Assembly: GCA_051859245.1 (NCBI GenBank)
Contig: JBHYGA010000005.1
Location: 338,993 to 402,992 of the forward strand
Source: Gemmatimonadaceae bacterium
GTDB lineage: Bacteria; Gemmatimonadota; Gemmatimonadetes; Gemmatimonadales; Gemmatimonadaceae
Length of the DNA: 64,000 nucleotides
Direction: 5' to 3'
This document shows, one piece after another, positions 19,934 to 29,387 of this stretch; within the stretch, counting starts at the first letter, position 1, and each line of letters opens with the position of its first letter. The position numbers and the translations under genes were made by a program. Below the pieces are notes generated by a model. The model saw only the letters and a program-made list of their open reading frames with translations, was not told where the DNA came from and made no database searches.

Positions 19934-20320
19934 ATGACTCGTCTTCGCCAGATGTTTACCGCGGCCACTGCCGTTGTTGTGCTTTCTGCGACCGTGGCTG
20001 CTGCTCAGCAAGCGCTGCACGATCTGACGGGCAAGTGGGCGTTTGCCGTGGTTACGGAAAACGGTACGGGTACACCGGCCGTGGTGCTCAAGCAGGACGG
20101 TGAAAAACTCACCGGCACCTACGAATCGCGCATGATGGGTTCGCGCGCTTTTAACGGCACGATCAAGGGAGACTCTGTGACGCTCACGCTCGAAGCCAAC
20201 GGCGCCGATGGTGTGGCCCTGGTGTTTCGCGGCGTGGTGGTCGATAAAGACAATCTCAAGGGCAACGTTGACTTTGGCGGCATGGGTAGCGCCACCTTCA
20301 CCGGAAAGCGCGAGCAGTAA
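19934..20320 (+). CDS. Small secreted protein of unknown function (paralogue B, 128 aa)
   Basis: Signal peptide MTRLRQMFTAATAVVVLSATVAAAQQ, then DLTGKWAFAV...GEKLTGT...KGDSVTL...GMGSATFTG. Paralogous to 9272..9658. Confidence 0.5.
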   Translation: MTRLRQMFTAATAVVVLSATVAAAQQALHDLTGKWAFAVVTENGTGTPAVVLKQDGEKLTGTYESRMMGSRAFNGTIKGDSVTLTLEANGADGVALVFRGVVVDKDNLKGNVDFGGMGSATFTGKREQ

Positions 20321-20354
20321 GCGCGTACCGCAATCGCGCACCACGCCTCTTACA

Positions 20355-20600
20355 ATGCCCACGTTTGACTTCACCTGTCGTGCGTGCGCGCATGGCTTTG
20401 AACTCTTCCTGCGAAGTAGCGACGTTCCGCAGTGTCCGGCGTGTTTATCAGCCGACGTGGAAAAGCGCTTCTCGGTTCCGCTGCTGAAGACATCAGGCAC
20501 GCACGATCGCGCGATGCAAGCCGCGAAGCGGCGCGACAAGGTGCAGGGCACCGAACGCATGGTCGAGCAGGCGAAATACGAAGCCAGTCACGACGATTAA
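20355..20600 (+). CDS. FmdB-family zinc-ribbon protein
   Basis: MPTFDFTCRACAHGFE...CPAC: two CxxC pairs at the N-terminus, about 81 aa. Confidence 0.6.
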   Translation: MPTFDFTCRACAHGFELFLRSSDVPQCPACLSADVEKRFSVPLLKTSGTHDRAMQAAKRRDKVQGTERMVEQAKYEASHDD

Positions 20601-20602
20601 AA

Positions 20603-20648
20603 AAGCGGCGCGTACACAGGATCGTGTACGCGCCGCCTTTTGTTTTAT
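20603..20648. terminator. Bidirectional intrinsic terminator between convergent genes
   Basis: aaaaaagcggcgcgtacacaggatcgtgtacgcgccgccttttgtttt: 13-bp stem flanked by A-tract and T-tract. Confidence 0.5.
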
Positions 20649-20655
20649 TCCCGTG

Positions 20656-22605
20656 TCAGCACGAAAGACACTTGAGACTGTTCTTTGAGCCGAGCTTCAT
20701 GAGTAACGCGACCGTTTCAAGAAACGGCGGAACGCGTTGTACGGGTCCGTTGGCCATGTCGGCGGTAGTTTGCCCACGACGGCTCAGCAGCGTAACGTCT
20801 GCGCCCTTGCTCACCAGATATTCAATGAGTGCGTTGTCACCACGCGCCGCTGCATGATGAACGGCCGAGTAGCCGTTCATATCGCGCATGTTCACATCAA
20901 CGCCGAGCTCCTCAACGAGGTACTTCACCGCCGGAATCCACTCGCCTGGCGCGTGCCGGTGTGAGTTGGCCGCGAACCCCTCGCCGTAGCCTACACCCGA
21001 GGCCGCGTGCAGCGGAAACACGCCAGGTCCGCCTACAGGCACCGGTGGCAAGCCCGATGGATCCACACGCGGTCCCGCGTCGTCAGCGGGCGCGTCTTCT
21101 GTGCGAATGCGCCCAGAGGGCTTGAGCGTGGGCAACGTGTGGTCGGCACCGTACTGCTTGAGCAGACGCATGGCGGGCACATCGAGACCGTACGCTGCGC
21201 GCCAGAACGGCGTTGCGCCAATGGTATTGACGCCCAGCAGATCAAAGTTGTACGACATGAACCACAGATGTTTGGTCAGTCGTGCGTTCACATCAGCACC
21301 GGCGTCGAGCAGGGCTTTCATGAGCTCGAGATGCGTGGTGTGCTGCTGCGCCTGTGCGGTGGGCTGCGGATACAGTGACTTGGCAGCCCACTGAATATTG
21401 ATCGTCGCGTAGAGCGGCGTGGTCCCCGCGCTCGATGCGAGCTTCGGATCTGCGCCGCGGCTCAACAACACCTTGGCAAGATCGAAGCGACCATTAATGG
21501 TGGCCATCAGCAGCGGACTTGTTTTGTCTCCGCCGCTGACGTGATTGATATTCGCGCCCGCTTCGAGCAAGGCCATCACGGAACGCTCGTGTCCGTCGCG
21601 CACCGCAAAGAGCAACGGGGTGAGACCCCCTTTGCCGCCAATCAGCTCACCGTACGACAGCGCACGTCCTTCGGCCGCTGTTGCCGCGCGCGACGCAGAG
21701 TCGCCGCTGCTGGGCGCACTCGTGCTGCGTGCGGCGTTGCCGCTCGCAGCCGGTCGATCGGACTGTTCACCACTGCGTGCAGCCGGTCGCGCATTTGGCT
21801 CGGCGGCGCGCGCTGCTGGCGGTGTCGCGCGGGACGCTGGCGCCGGTGGATTGTTCACGGCCTTGAGTGCCGCCACACGGCGCGAGCGCAGTGTCAGTGC
21901 GGCGCGATCCGTACGTTCACGCTCGGCCATATCCTCGACCTTGGAACTGGCCTCGATATCAGCGCCGGCAGCGAGCAGCACGCGAATCGCGGCGACACGA
22001 TCATACGCAGCCGCCCACATCAACGGCGTCTGTTCATAGGCGGCGTCAAGCGCGTCAACCTTGGCGCCCGCCGACACCAGGTGCGTGACCGTCATGGAAT
22101 CACCGTGGCCCGCCGCGAAGTGCAGCGCCGAGGCGCCGCCACTCGTAGTCACCGCCGAGTGATCCGCGCCGCGCTCGATCAACACCTTGACGGCATCAGC
22201 GCGCCCCGCGCGAGCGGCCAGGTGCAGTGGTGTGTAGTTGCCATTGCGTGTGACGGCCCCAACACGCGCACCGGCAAACGTGAGCATCTGCACGGACTGC
22301 GCATCGCCACGCGACGCCGCCCAATGCAGCGCGGTCATGCCGTCGGCGTGGGCTGCGTTCACATCGAGCCCTTCGCGCAACAACGAACGAATCCGTGCAC
22401 TGTCGCCAACCATCGCTGCATCCGCGATTGGCGAGTCGCTGTATCGCGCGGCGGCAACTGGTTCCGTATACGGCGTGGCCGCGGTGAGCAGCACCGCGAC
22501 GAATGCGGTGCAGGCCACTTTTGTGATGCTCCACGCACGTGAGGTAATCACTGGCGGCACCTCAGTTGGCGGCGGCAACAAAGTTGAGCGCGTCGGTGCT
22601 GTCAC
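20656..22605 (-). CDS. Secreted ankyrin-repeat protein (about 649 aa), two ANK blocks separated by a Pro/Ala/Ser-rich linker
   Basis: Multiple GxTALHxAAxxGHxxxVxxLLxxGA repeats (e.g. DGMTALHWAASRGDAQSV, YTPLHLAARAGRADAVKVLIERGA). N-terminal hydrophobic signal. A possible GTG start at 22560 lies 1 nt after the upstream TGA. Confidence 0.7.
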   Translation of the reverse strand: MTAPTRSTLLPPPTEVPPVITSRAWSITKVACTAFVAVLLTAATPYTEPVAAARYSDSPIADAAMVGDSARIRSLLREGLDVNAAHADGMTALHWAASRGDAQSVQMLTFAGARVGAVTRNGNYTPLHLAARAGRADAVKVLIERGADHSAVTTSGGASALHFAAGHGDSMTVTHLVSAGAKVDALDAAYEQTPLMWAAAYDRVAAIRVLLAAGADIEASSKVEDMAERERTDRAALTLRSRRVAALKAVNNPPAPASRATPPAARAAEPNARPAARSGEQSDRPAASGNAARSTSAPSSGDSASRAATAAEGRALSYGELIGGKGGLTPLLFAVRDGHERSVMALLEAGANINHVSGGDKTSPLLMATINGRFDLAKVLLSRGADPKLASSAGTTPLYATINIQWAAKSLYPQPTAQAQQHTTHLELMKALLDAGADVNARLTKHLWFMSYNFDLLGVNTIGATPFWRAAYGLDVPAMRLLKQYGADHTLPTLKPSGRIRTEDAPADDAGPRVDPSGLPPVPVGGPGVFPLHAASGVGYGEGFAANSHRHAPGEWIPAVKYLVEELGVDVNMRDMNGYSAVHHAAARGDNALIEYLVSKGADVTLLSRRGQTTADMANGPVQRVPPFLETVALLMKLGSKNSLKCLSC

Positions 22606-23953
22606 CGAAGGAACTCACATCGTTCATACCCAGCGTATGCATCATGCTGAGCATGGCATTCGCCATCGGCGTACCATCGGGCGCCTTGATGTGCAGGTTG
22701 CCAGCCAGTCTTCCCTGCGACTTGCCAAGCAGCACCAGCGGGCAGCGCCGATGATTGTGCAAGTTCGAGTCGCCCATGGGCGATCCGTAAATGATCATCG
22801 TTTTGTCGAGCATGTTGCTGTCACCGTCCTGCAAGTCTTTGAGCTTTTGCAGGAAATACGGCAGCATGCCCACGTGGTACTTGTTGATCATCTGGAAATC
22901 TTTCACGCCACGTTCCGTGCCACCGTGATGCGAGGCCGGGTGGAACGGCTTGTCAGTGCCACTCTCCGGATAGGTGCGAGCCGAGCCATCGCGTCCCATC
23001 TTGAAGGAGAACACACGCGTGACATCGGCGGCAAACGCGAGCGCCTGAATGTCGAACATGAGTTCCACGTGCTCCTTGAAGGAATCCGGTACACCTGCGG
23101 GTGCTTCCGGCAGCTCGCGCGGATCGCCACTCATGTTGCGCGCTTCCACGCGCTGAATGCGACGCTCCACTTCGCGAATGTCATCCAGGTACCGCGCGAG
23201 ACGATGACGATCTTCCGGGCCCAACTCAGCGCGCAGCGATGCCATCTGGCCGGTCATGAAGTCGAGAATGCTTCGGCGCGTGCGCCGACGCTCCGCGCGC
23301 TCGGCCGAGCTGCCGCCAACGCCAAACAGTTTTTCAAACGCCACGCGTGGATCACGGATCACAGGCAACGGATCGGTGGGTGACGCCCAGCTGATGGAGT
23401 CCGTGTACACACATGCGTATCCGTAGGCGCAGCCGCCCGCTTGATCCACATTTTCAATGCACAGCTGCAATGACGGAATCGGTGTGTCCTGTCCGAACCG
23501 ATTCGCGTAGAGCTGATCAAGCGATGTGCCCACCAGCACATCCGATCCTTCGGTCTGCTTGGGATGCTGGTGCGTGAGGAACGTGGCGCTCGAACGGAAG
23601 TGATCGCCGCCGATTTCCATGGGCGAGGTGGGCTCCGCCGCACGCACATCGGTGTTGCTGATAATCGTGAGATATTCACGCCACGGATCGAGTGCCTGCA
23701 GCGCTGTAGGCGCCAGATCAAACGCGCGTCCGGTCGCCGCCGGCGACCACATGTTCAGCGACGCGCCCAGCTCGTTGCAGCCCGCGGCGCCGTGCACCAT
23801 TTCGATCGCCACCAATCGGGGCGCATCAGTGGCGCTGCGCCAGGCACCGCGACCGGTGGGCAACATCGCATCGAGATACGGCAGCGCAACGGTTGCGCTC
23901 ATGCTCTGCAAAAAACGTCGACGTGGGATCGCCTTGCCGCTCAGAAACTCCAT
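22562..23953 (-). CDS. DUF1552-family protein with twin-arginine (TAT) signal
   Basis: RRRFLQSMSATVALPYL TAT motif. Sequence matches the DUF1552 family that partners DUF1592 proteins. Confidence 0.55.
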   Translation of the reverse strand: MEFLSGKAIPRRRFLQSMSATVALPYLDAMLPTGRGAWRSATDAPRLVAIEMVHGAAGCNELGASLNMWSPAATGRAFDLAPTALQALDPWREYLTIISNTDVRAAEPTSPMEIGGDHFRSSATFLTHQHPKQTEGSDVLVGTSLDQLYANRFGQDTPIPSLQLCIENVDQAGGCAYGYACVYTDSISWASPTDPLPVIRDPRVAFEKLFGVGGSSAERAERRRTRRSILDFMTGQMASLRAELGPEDRHRLARYLDDIREVERRIQRVEARNMSGDPRELPEAPAGVPDSFKEHVELMFDIQALAFAADVTRVFSFKMGRDGSARTYPESGTDKPFHPASHHGGTERGVKDFQMINKYHVGMLPYFLQKLKDLQDGDSNMLDKTMIIYGSPMGDSNLHNHRRCPLVLLGKSQGRLAGNLHIKAPDGTPMANAMLSMMHTLGMNDVSSFGDSTDALNFVAAAN

Positions 23954-23983
23954 GATCTGGCTCCGTAGAGAACGCTGCGCTGC

Positions 23984-26509
23984 CTAGCGGCCGCGCGTGC
24001 TGGGTGAAGTCGCTGCTGCAGTATCCTGGCTCACCGTTGCGGCGAGCCGGCGGCGGAATGGGTCACTCTTAACCACGCCAACGATGAACTCGTGCATTTT
24101 GTAGTCACGCGCTTTGGCCGTCGCTTCAATGCGCCGGATTGCTGGCTGATCGAAGTACTCAACGCGTCGGCCAATGGCGTACGCCATCAGATTCTGTGTG
24201 AACGCCCGAACAATTGGTGTCGGACGCTTGAGCAGTGCACGCTGTAGCTCGGCAGGGCTGGCGATCTTTGTGCCGTCATAGAAATCGCCACGCGTATCAA
24301 GCGCTTCGCCATTCTCGCGAATGCGCCAGCGACCCGTGACATCGAAATTGTCGAGCGCGAGTCCAATCGGATCGATGAACTGATGACACGACCGACATGA
24401 CGCGTTGTCGCGGTGCATTTCCATGCGCGCACGCGTGGTCAGGAATCGTCCGTCTTCAGACGCCTTGGTTTCTTCAAAGTCGGGAATGTCGGGCGGCGGC
24501 GGCGGAGGCGGCGAAGCCATCAACACTTCCATCACCCACTTGCCGCGCAGTACCGGCGAGGTGCGGTTCGCGTGCGACGTGAGCGTGAGGACACTTGCGT
24601 GCCCCAGCACACCGGTGCGCGTGGAATCCGGATACATCACCTTGCGGAACTCGTTGCCCACCACACCCTGAATGCCGTAGTGCCGGGCGAGCGCTTCGTT
24701 CATGAAGGAATAGTTTGCGGTCAGCAGCTCGAGCATGCTGCGGTTGTCGCGCACCAATCCAAAAAAGAACAGTTCGGTCTCGCGACGCATATCATCGCCG
24801 AGCTGCTCGTGAAAATCGGGGAACTGCAACGCATCGGGATGCACTTTGGAGATGTCTTGCAGACGCATCCACTGTGCCGCAAATCGCGTAGCCAACGCCT
24901 CGGCGCGCGGGTCACGCAACATGCGTCGCGTCTCGCGCTCGAGCACCACGGAGTCGGTGAGTACGCCACGGCGTGCCAGTGCAATCAGTGCCGAATCCGG
25001 TGGTGCGCCCCAGAGAAAGAACGACAGGCGCGTGGCCATGTCTTCGGAAGATACCAGGCTCGGCGCACCCGCTTTGCTGCCGGCTGGCACGCGCTCCATG
25101 CGGAAAATGAAGTGCGGGCTGGCGAGCACCGCTTCAAGCGCGGTGCGCACACCGGCTTCGAATCCGCCTTCCGCTGCTCCGTCGTCGTAGAACTCCATCA
25201 ACGATTGCAGGTCGCCTTTTGACACGTCACGACGATACGCGGCGCTGGCCAGACGTTTGACGATCTGCTCGGCGCACGGACGCGCTTCGTTGGGCGATGT
25301 GGGGCGGCAGGTGAAAATGCGTCGGCGTAGCGGCGTGTCGGAAACGCCGGTTGGATTGAACGGCCCGGTGACCACGAAACTCTGCAAATGCGGGAGAATC
25401 GTGATGCCGTGCTGCAATCCAATCTGTGTATCCGCAATGCTGTGACCGATGGGTGAGATCACATCGTTCACCGGACCTTCAAACTGCCGCACGAATGTGA
25501 CGGCAACACGATGCTGTCCCGCACGAAGTGGAACCGCCGGTGTGCGCACATCCATGCCGTTCGGATCAGCCTGCGACATGCCGCGATCAATGTCGAGCAG
25601 TGCGACCCGCGCACCATCTACGGAGACTTCGATTTTTTCGTCGAAGGGTGCCGTTTGCCCGTACAACTGGCCCGTTGGCGTCGCGTGCAGCGTAATCGTG
25701 AATGCGTATTCGCCGTCGGCCGGGAATGTGTGCATCACGGCCACACCGCCGCGCGTGCCCTGCGGAGCGCCAGGCAACGGTTCAAGCTGCGACGCGAGAC
25801 GCGGCACGCGATACGCGCGCGACACTGTGCTTGCCGTCGGATCACCAACCGCCAGTCGACTGATTTCGCTCGCGGCGTCGAGATACGCATCAAGCACCGT
25901 GGCGGATGGCGTTTGTGCGTCGGCGATGTTGTCAAAGTTTGCGCTGCGTGTATCGAGCGGTAACCATGACTCGGCGTTCACTTGCAGTCCGAGTAACTCG
26001 TACACCGAGCGCTCGTACTCTGCGCGATTCAGTCGCTGAAACGCACGAACGCCGGGATTGGGGTCGGACTTGGCGCGTGCATCCATCACGCGTTCAAGCG
26101 AAGTCGCCAGTACATCGAGTGTGTCACCACCCGGACGGCGGCGCCCTGGCGGTGGCATCATGCCTGAGCGCAGCTTGCCGATCATCTTCTCGGCAACGTC
26201 TGGCGCCGCCGATGCAACGGTATTGAGATCAAACGCGGCCAGCGACAGGTTGCCCTGTTTGCGCGTCTCACTGTGGCAGTTCAGACACGTGGCTTTGACA
26301 ACCGCGGTCAGCTCATCATTTGAAATGTCGGTTGCTGGACGTGCGATTGGTTCATGCGCGCCTGAAATGTTCGTTGCTGGACGCGCGATCGGTTCATGCA
26401 CGCCCATCGGTCTCGCGTGCGGAGCACCTTCGGCGACATCGAATCCGGCCACGGTATACCCGAGCACGGCGAGTAACGCACCAGCACCTGCAACGGCCAA
26501 TGACTTCAT
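23984..26509 (-). CDS. DUF1592/DUF1595/DUF1587/DUF1588/DUF1585-type cytochrome-c-like protein (PSD1-like), 841 aa
   Basis: Signal peptide. Single CxxCH heme motif (ATCLNCHSE). Multidomain architecture typical of the planctomycete-type DUF1592 family. Second CxxCH-like CRSCHQF near the C-terminus. Confidence 0.55.
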   Translation of the reverse strand: MKSLAVAGAGALLAVLGYTVAGFDVAEGAPHARPMGVHEPIARPATNISGAHEPIARPATDISNDELTAVVKATCLNCHSETRKQGNLSLAAFDLNTVASAAPDVAEKMIGKLRSGMMPPPGRRRPGGDTLDVLATSLERVMDARAKSDPNPGVRAFQRLNRAEYERSVYELLGLQVNAESWLPLDTRSANFDNIADAQTPSATVLDAYLDAASEISRLAVGDPTASTVSRAYRVPRLASQLEPLPGAPQGTRGGVAVMHTFPADGEYAFTITLHATPTGQLYGQTAPFDEKIEVSVDGARVALLDIDRGMSQADPNGMDVRTPAVPLRAGQHRVAVTFVRQFEGPVNDVISPIGHSIADTQIGLQHGITILPHLQSFVVTGPFNPTGVSDTPLRRRIFTCRPTSPNEARPCAEQIVKRLASAAYRRDVSKGDLQSLMEFYDDGAAEGGFEAGVRTALEAVLASPHFIFRMERVPAGSKAGAPSLVSSEDMATRLSFFLWGAPPDSALIALARRGVLTDSVVLERETRRMLRDPRAEALATRFAAQWMRLQDISKVHPDALQFPDFHEQLGDDMRRETELFFFGLVRDNRSMLELLTANYSFMNEALARHYGIQGVVGNEFRKVMYPDSTRTGVLGHASVLTLTSHANRTSPVLRGKWVMEVLMASPPPPPPPDIPDFEETKASEDGRFLTTRARMEMHRDNASCRSCHQFIDPIGLALDNFDVTGRWRIRENGEALDTRGDFYDGTKIASPAELQRALLKRPTPIVRAFTQNLMAYAIGRRVEYFDQPAIRRIEATAKARDYKMHEFIVGVVKSDPFRRRLAATVSQDTAAATSPSTRGR
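26321..26404. repeat. Two tandem copies of a 42-bp repeat within the DUF1592-family gene (encodes 14-aa HEPIARPAT(N/D)IS units)
   Basis: tgaaatgtcggttgctggacgtgcgattggttcatgcgcgcc / tgaaatgttcgttgctggacgcgcgatcggttcatgcacgcc, about 5 mismatches in 42. Confidence 0.6.
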
Positions 26510-26731
26510 CCCGAGGATCTCCGGGGCACGGCGGGAGGGCGAACGAGGAGGGAAGGGCCCGCAAAGGCCCAGCGTAACTTGCGGCTCAGTACTGCAGACA
26601 GCAACACATTTTTACGGATTCGTACGGAGCGGCCCTTGCTCAGCCGCGCGCCGACGTCTCTTATTGGGCGACCCCAGTCCGAGTAACCGTCACAGCACCG
26701 GTTGCCTCTGCCCCCTTTGCACAAGAACGCC

Positions 26732-27718
26732 ATGCGTAACGCCTTGTTGATGACGGCCTTGCTCACCGTATCGTTGACGTCTGCCCGTACTGAGCTGCCC
26801 GCGCAGGCTCGTCTGAATCCGGTGGTGGAGTTGCTGGAGAAGCAACAGCCGGTGTTTGGCCTTTACGCCCCAGCCAATCGTCGCGTGCGGCCCGGCGGTC
26901 CACCGATTCCGCCCGACTCGCTGCGCAGCATGGACCAGCTGGCGATCGAGGCGCTGGCCGCGAAAGGTGCCGATTACATCTTTGACGGCACGATGGAGGG
27001 CGACTTCGATGGCGGCTATCGCAGCTTCACGGAGTTCGCGGCGGGCATGGCGAAGGCGGGCAATCTGCAAACATCTCCCACCCCCAGATTCCGCGCGCCG
27101 CTGTTTGTGAAGACGCCCGGTTTCGCCGCGAATCCCGCGCTCGCCCGCGAACGCATTGCGAAGCAACTCAATCTCGGCGTAAGCGGCATCGTGTTCGTTG
27201 ATGTGGAGACGGCCGCTGAGATGCGCGAGGGGATCAAGGCGGTGCGGTTTGCATCGGCCGGTGGTACGCGTCCCGACGCGGTGGGCGACGCACCCGCGCG
27301 CTGGGGCATGTCGGAAGCTGACTACAAGCGCAAAGCCGATGTGTACCCGCTGAACAAGCAGGGCGAACTCATCACGTTTGCCATTGTGGAGAGCAAGGAA
27401 GGCCTGGCGAACATTCGCGAGATCGCGGCGGTGCCGGGCATCAGCGTACTGTTTCCCGGCGCTGGCACGCTGCGCGGTGTCTTTACGTCAACCGATGCAT
27501 CTGGTCAGCGCGTGTTCGACGAAAAGGGCTGGGAAGCCGCGATTCAATCGGTGCTCTCGGCGTGCAAGGAGTTCAAGGTGCCGTGCGGCTATCCGGCTGG
27601 TCCGGCCGACATTGAAGCCCGCATGTCGCAGGGCTTCAATGTCTTTGTGATCGGCTGGGGGACGCCCGGCTTCAAGGCCGTTGAGTTAGGACGGGCCAAG
27701 GCCGGACGTAACTGGTAG
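26732..27718 (+). CDS. HpcH/HpaI aldolase / citrate-lyase-beta-like TIM-barrel protein with N-terminal signal peptide
   Basis: Motifs VSGIVFVDVETAAEMREGIKAV and FAIVESKEGLANIREIAAVPGISVLFPG resemble the HpcH/HpaI family. MRNALLMTALLTVSLTSA signal-like N-terminus. Confidence 0.45.
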   Translation: MRNALLMTALLTVSLTSARTELPAQARLNPVVELLEKQQPVFGLYAPANRRVRPGGPPIPPDSLRSMDQLAIEALAAKGADYIFDGTMEGDFDGGYRSFTEFAAGMAKAGNLQTSPTPRFRAPLFVKTPGFAANPALARERIAKQLNLGVSGIVFVDVETAAEMREGIKAVRFASAGGTRPDAVGDAPARWGMSEADYKRKADVYPLNKQGELITFAIVESKEGLANIREIAAVPGISVLFPGAGTLRGVFTSTDASGQRVFDEKGWEAAIQSVLSACKEFKVPCGYPAGPADIEARMSQGFNVFVIGWGTPGFKAVELGRAKAGRNW

Positions 27719-28135
27719 CTTCAACAGAATTGCTTTGGCGCTAGCCGAGTCGGCGCGAAACTCGTTCGCGCCAGCCGGCGCCTTGTTGAGCTGCAGCATG
27801 TAGGCAAGCACGTCTTCGTACTGCTGCTGCGTGAGTGTGCCCGGCGTTTCGTCGGGCATTGTGGTGCGGACATTCTCGTACAAATCAAACAGCGATCGTC
27901 CGTTCCACTCGCCGTGGAAGTCTGCGTTGGTGAAATCCTGCGGCTCGTGGCACTCACTGCAGACTTTCTTGAAGACCGTGAGTCCGCGTTCCGCCTGCGC
28001 GGTGGTGTACGCGCCTACAGTGTCCGGAGCGAATGAGGCCGCGTGCGCTGGGCGAACGCGTGCCGGTGCATCGGTCAGCGCAATCGTGGCCGTGGCCAGC
28101 GCTACCGCCGTCGGGAGCAGAAGTTTGTGCAGCAT
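27686..28135 (-). CDS. Monohaem c-type cytochrome
   Basis: Signal peptide. CSECHE (CxxCH). About 149 aa. Confidence 0.6.
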   Translation of the reverse strand: MLHKLLLPTAVALATATIALTDAPARVRPAHAASFAPDTVGAYTTAQAERGLTVFKKVCSECHEPQDFTNADFHGEWNGRSLFDLYENVRTTMPDETPGTLTQQQYEDVLAYMLQLNKAPAGANEFRADSASAKAILLKLPVTSGLGPS

Positions 28136-28237
28136 GCTTCGAAAGTGACGAGGTGCAGTGGGCAGGGCAAGGGATAGCCAACGCCGGCTGAGTCATCCCG
28201 CAATTCGTGGGACGATCCAGGCTACCGAACCGACCGT

Positions 28238-29377
28238 TCAGGACATCGCAAAGCGACCGGCGCCGAACAGGGGGTGCGGCTGTTGCGCCGGATCCGTGAC
28301 CAGATCGGCCACTATCTCCCCGATCACCGGTGCAAACTTGAACCCGTGTCCTGAGCAGGCGCTCGCAACAACGACATTGTCGTGTGCGGGGTGCCGGTCG
28401 AGCACAAAGTGTTCATCCGGAGTCTTGGTGTACATGCACGTCACCGTCTGGACGAGCTCGCCGTTCGCACTCGGCAAGAAACGATCGAGCAGTGACCGCA
28501 TGTACGCGACCTCGCTTGAGTGCACATGGCGATCAATGCCGTCGGCCGTCGTGCTATGACCAGAGCCGTGCAGCGCCACCTTGATGCCGTCCCCCGTATC
28601 GGGGAATCCGTACCACACGCACTCGGGCTCGGTATCAAAGAGGAACACCGGAAATTGTTCGGGCGAAAAAAGGTTCGCATGGGAGGCTGGCCGAAACCAG
28701 AACAGCACGTTTCGCTCCACCACCAGCGGCACGTGCATTCCGTGCAGCTGCGCGGACGCCCACGGTCCGAGGGCCAGCACCAAGTGCTTCGCCGTTCGCG
28801 TACCTCTCGATGTGATCACCGTGACACCGCTGCTGGTGGCACGCCATGACTGCATCTTCTCCTGCGTTGCGATCGTGGCGCCAGCGCTCGCGGCGGCGCC
28901 CAGCATGCTGTGGATGCACGCTTCTGGATCAAGCACGCCTGCTCGCGGTTCAAACACGGCGACCGTATCAGACGGGGCGGTGAACGCCGGCGCTCTCACT
29001 TGCAGTTGCTCTGCACGCAGCAATTCGTGCGGCAGTGCATGGGCCAAGGCACTGGCGAGAGCACCTGAAACCAGTGCGCCATGCCGCGGACCGAGCATCA
29101 AGCCGCCCGTCTCGCGCAGGAGCGCCGTACCGCGCGCCCGCTCTAGTGCCCGCCACACCGTATACGCACGCTGTACGAGCGGCACGTACTGCGGATCTTC
29201 AAAATACGCTTCGCGAATGATGCGCGAGCGACCGTGCGACGAGCCCAATGCGTGCGGTGGTGCGAACTGATCGAGGCCAAGTACACGATGTCCGCGTTCG
29301 GCCAGTTGCCACAGTGCCGCGCTGCCAGCAGCGCCAAGCCCAACCACGATCGTGTCCCAACCGTGCGTGGCAGACAT
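28238..29377 (-). CDS. FAD-dependent N-methyl-L-tryptophan / sarcosine oxidase family protein (SolA/MSOX-like)
   Basis: IVVGLGAAGSAALWQLA FAD dinucleotide motif. C-terminal SGHGFKFAPVIGE and CMYTKTPDEHFVLD motifs of monomeric sarcosine oxidase / MTOX. Confidence 0.65.
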   Translation of the reverse strand: MSATHGWDTIVVGLGAAGSAALWQLAERGHRVLGLDQFAPPHALGSSHGRSRIIREAYFEDPQYVPLVQRAYTVWRALERARGTALLRETGGLMLGPRHGALVSGALASALAHALPHELLRAEQLQVRAPAFTAPSDTVAVFEPRAGVLDPEACIHSMLGAAASAGATIATQEKMQSWRATSSGVTVITSRGTRTAKHLVLALGPWASAQLHGMHVPLVVERNVLFWFRPASHANLFSPEQFPVFLFDTEPECVWYGFPDTGDGIKVALHGSGHSTTADGIDRHVHSSEVAYMRSLLDRFLPSANGELVQTVTCMYTKTPDEHFVLDRHPAHDNVVVASACSGHGFKFAPVIGEIVADLVTDPAQQPHPLFGAGRFAMS

Positions 29378-29387
29378 GTGATGGCGA

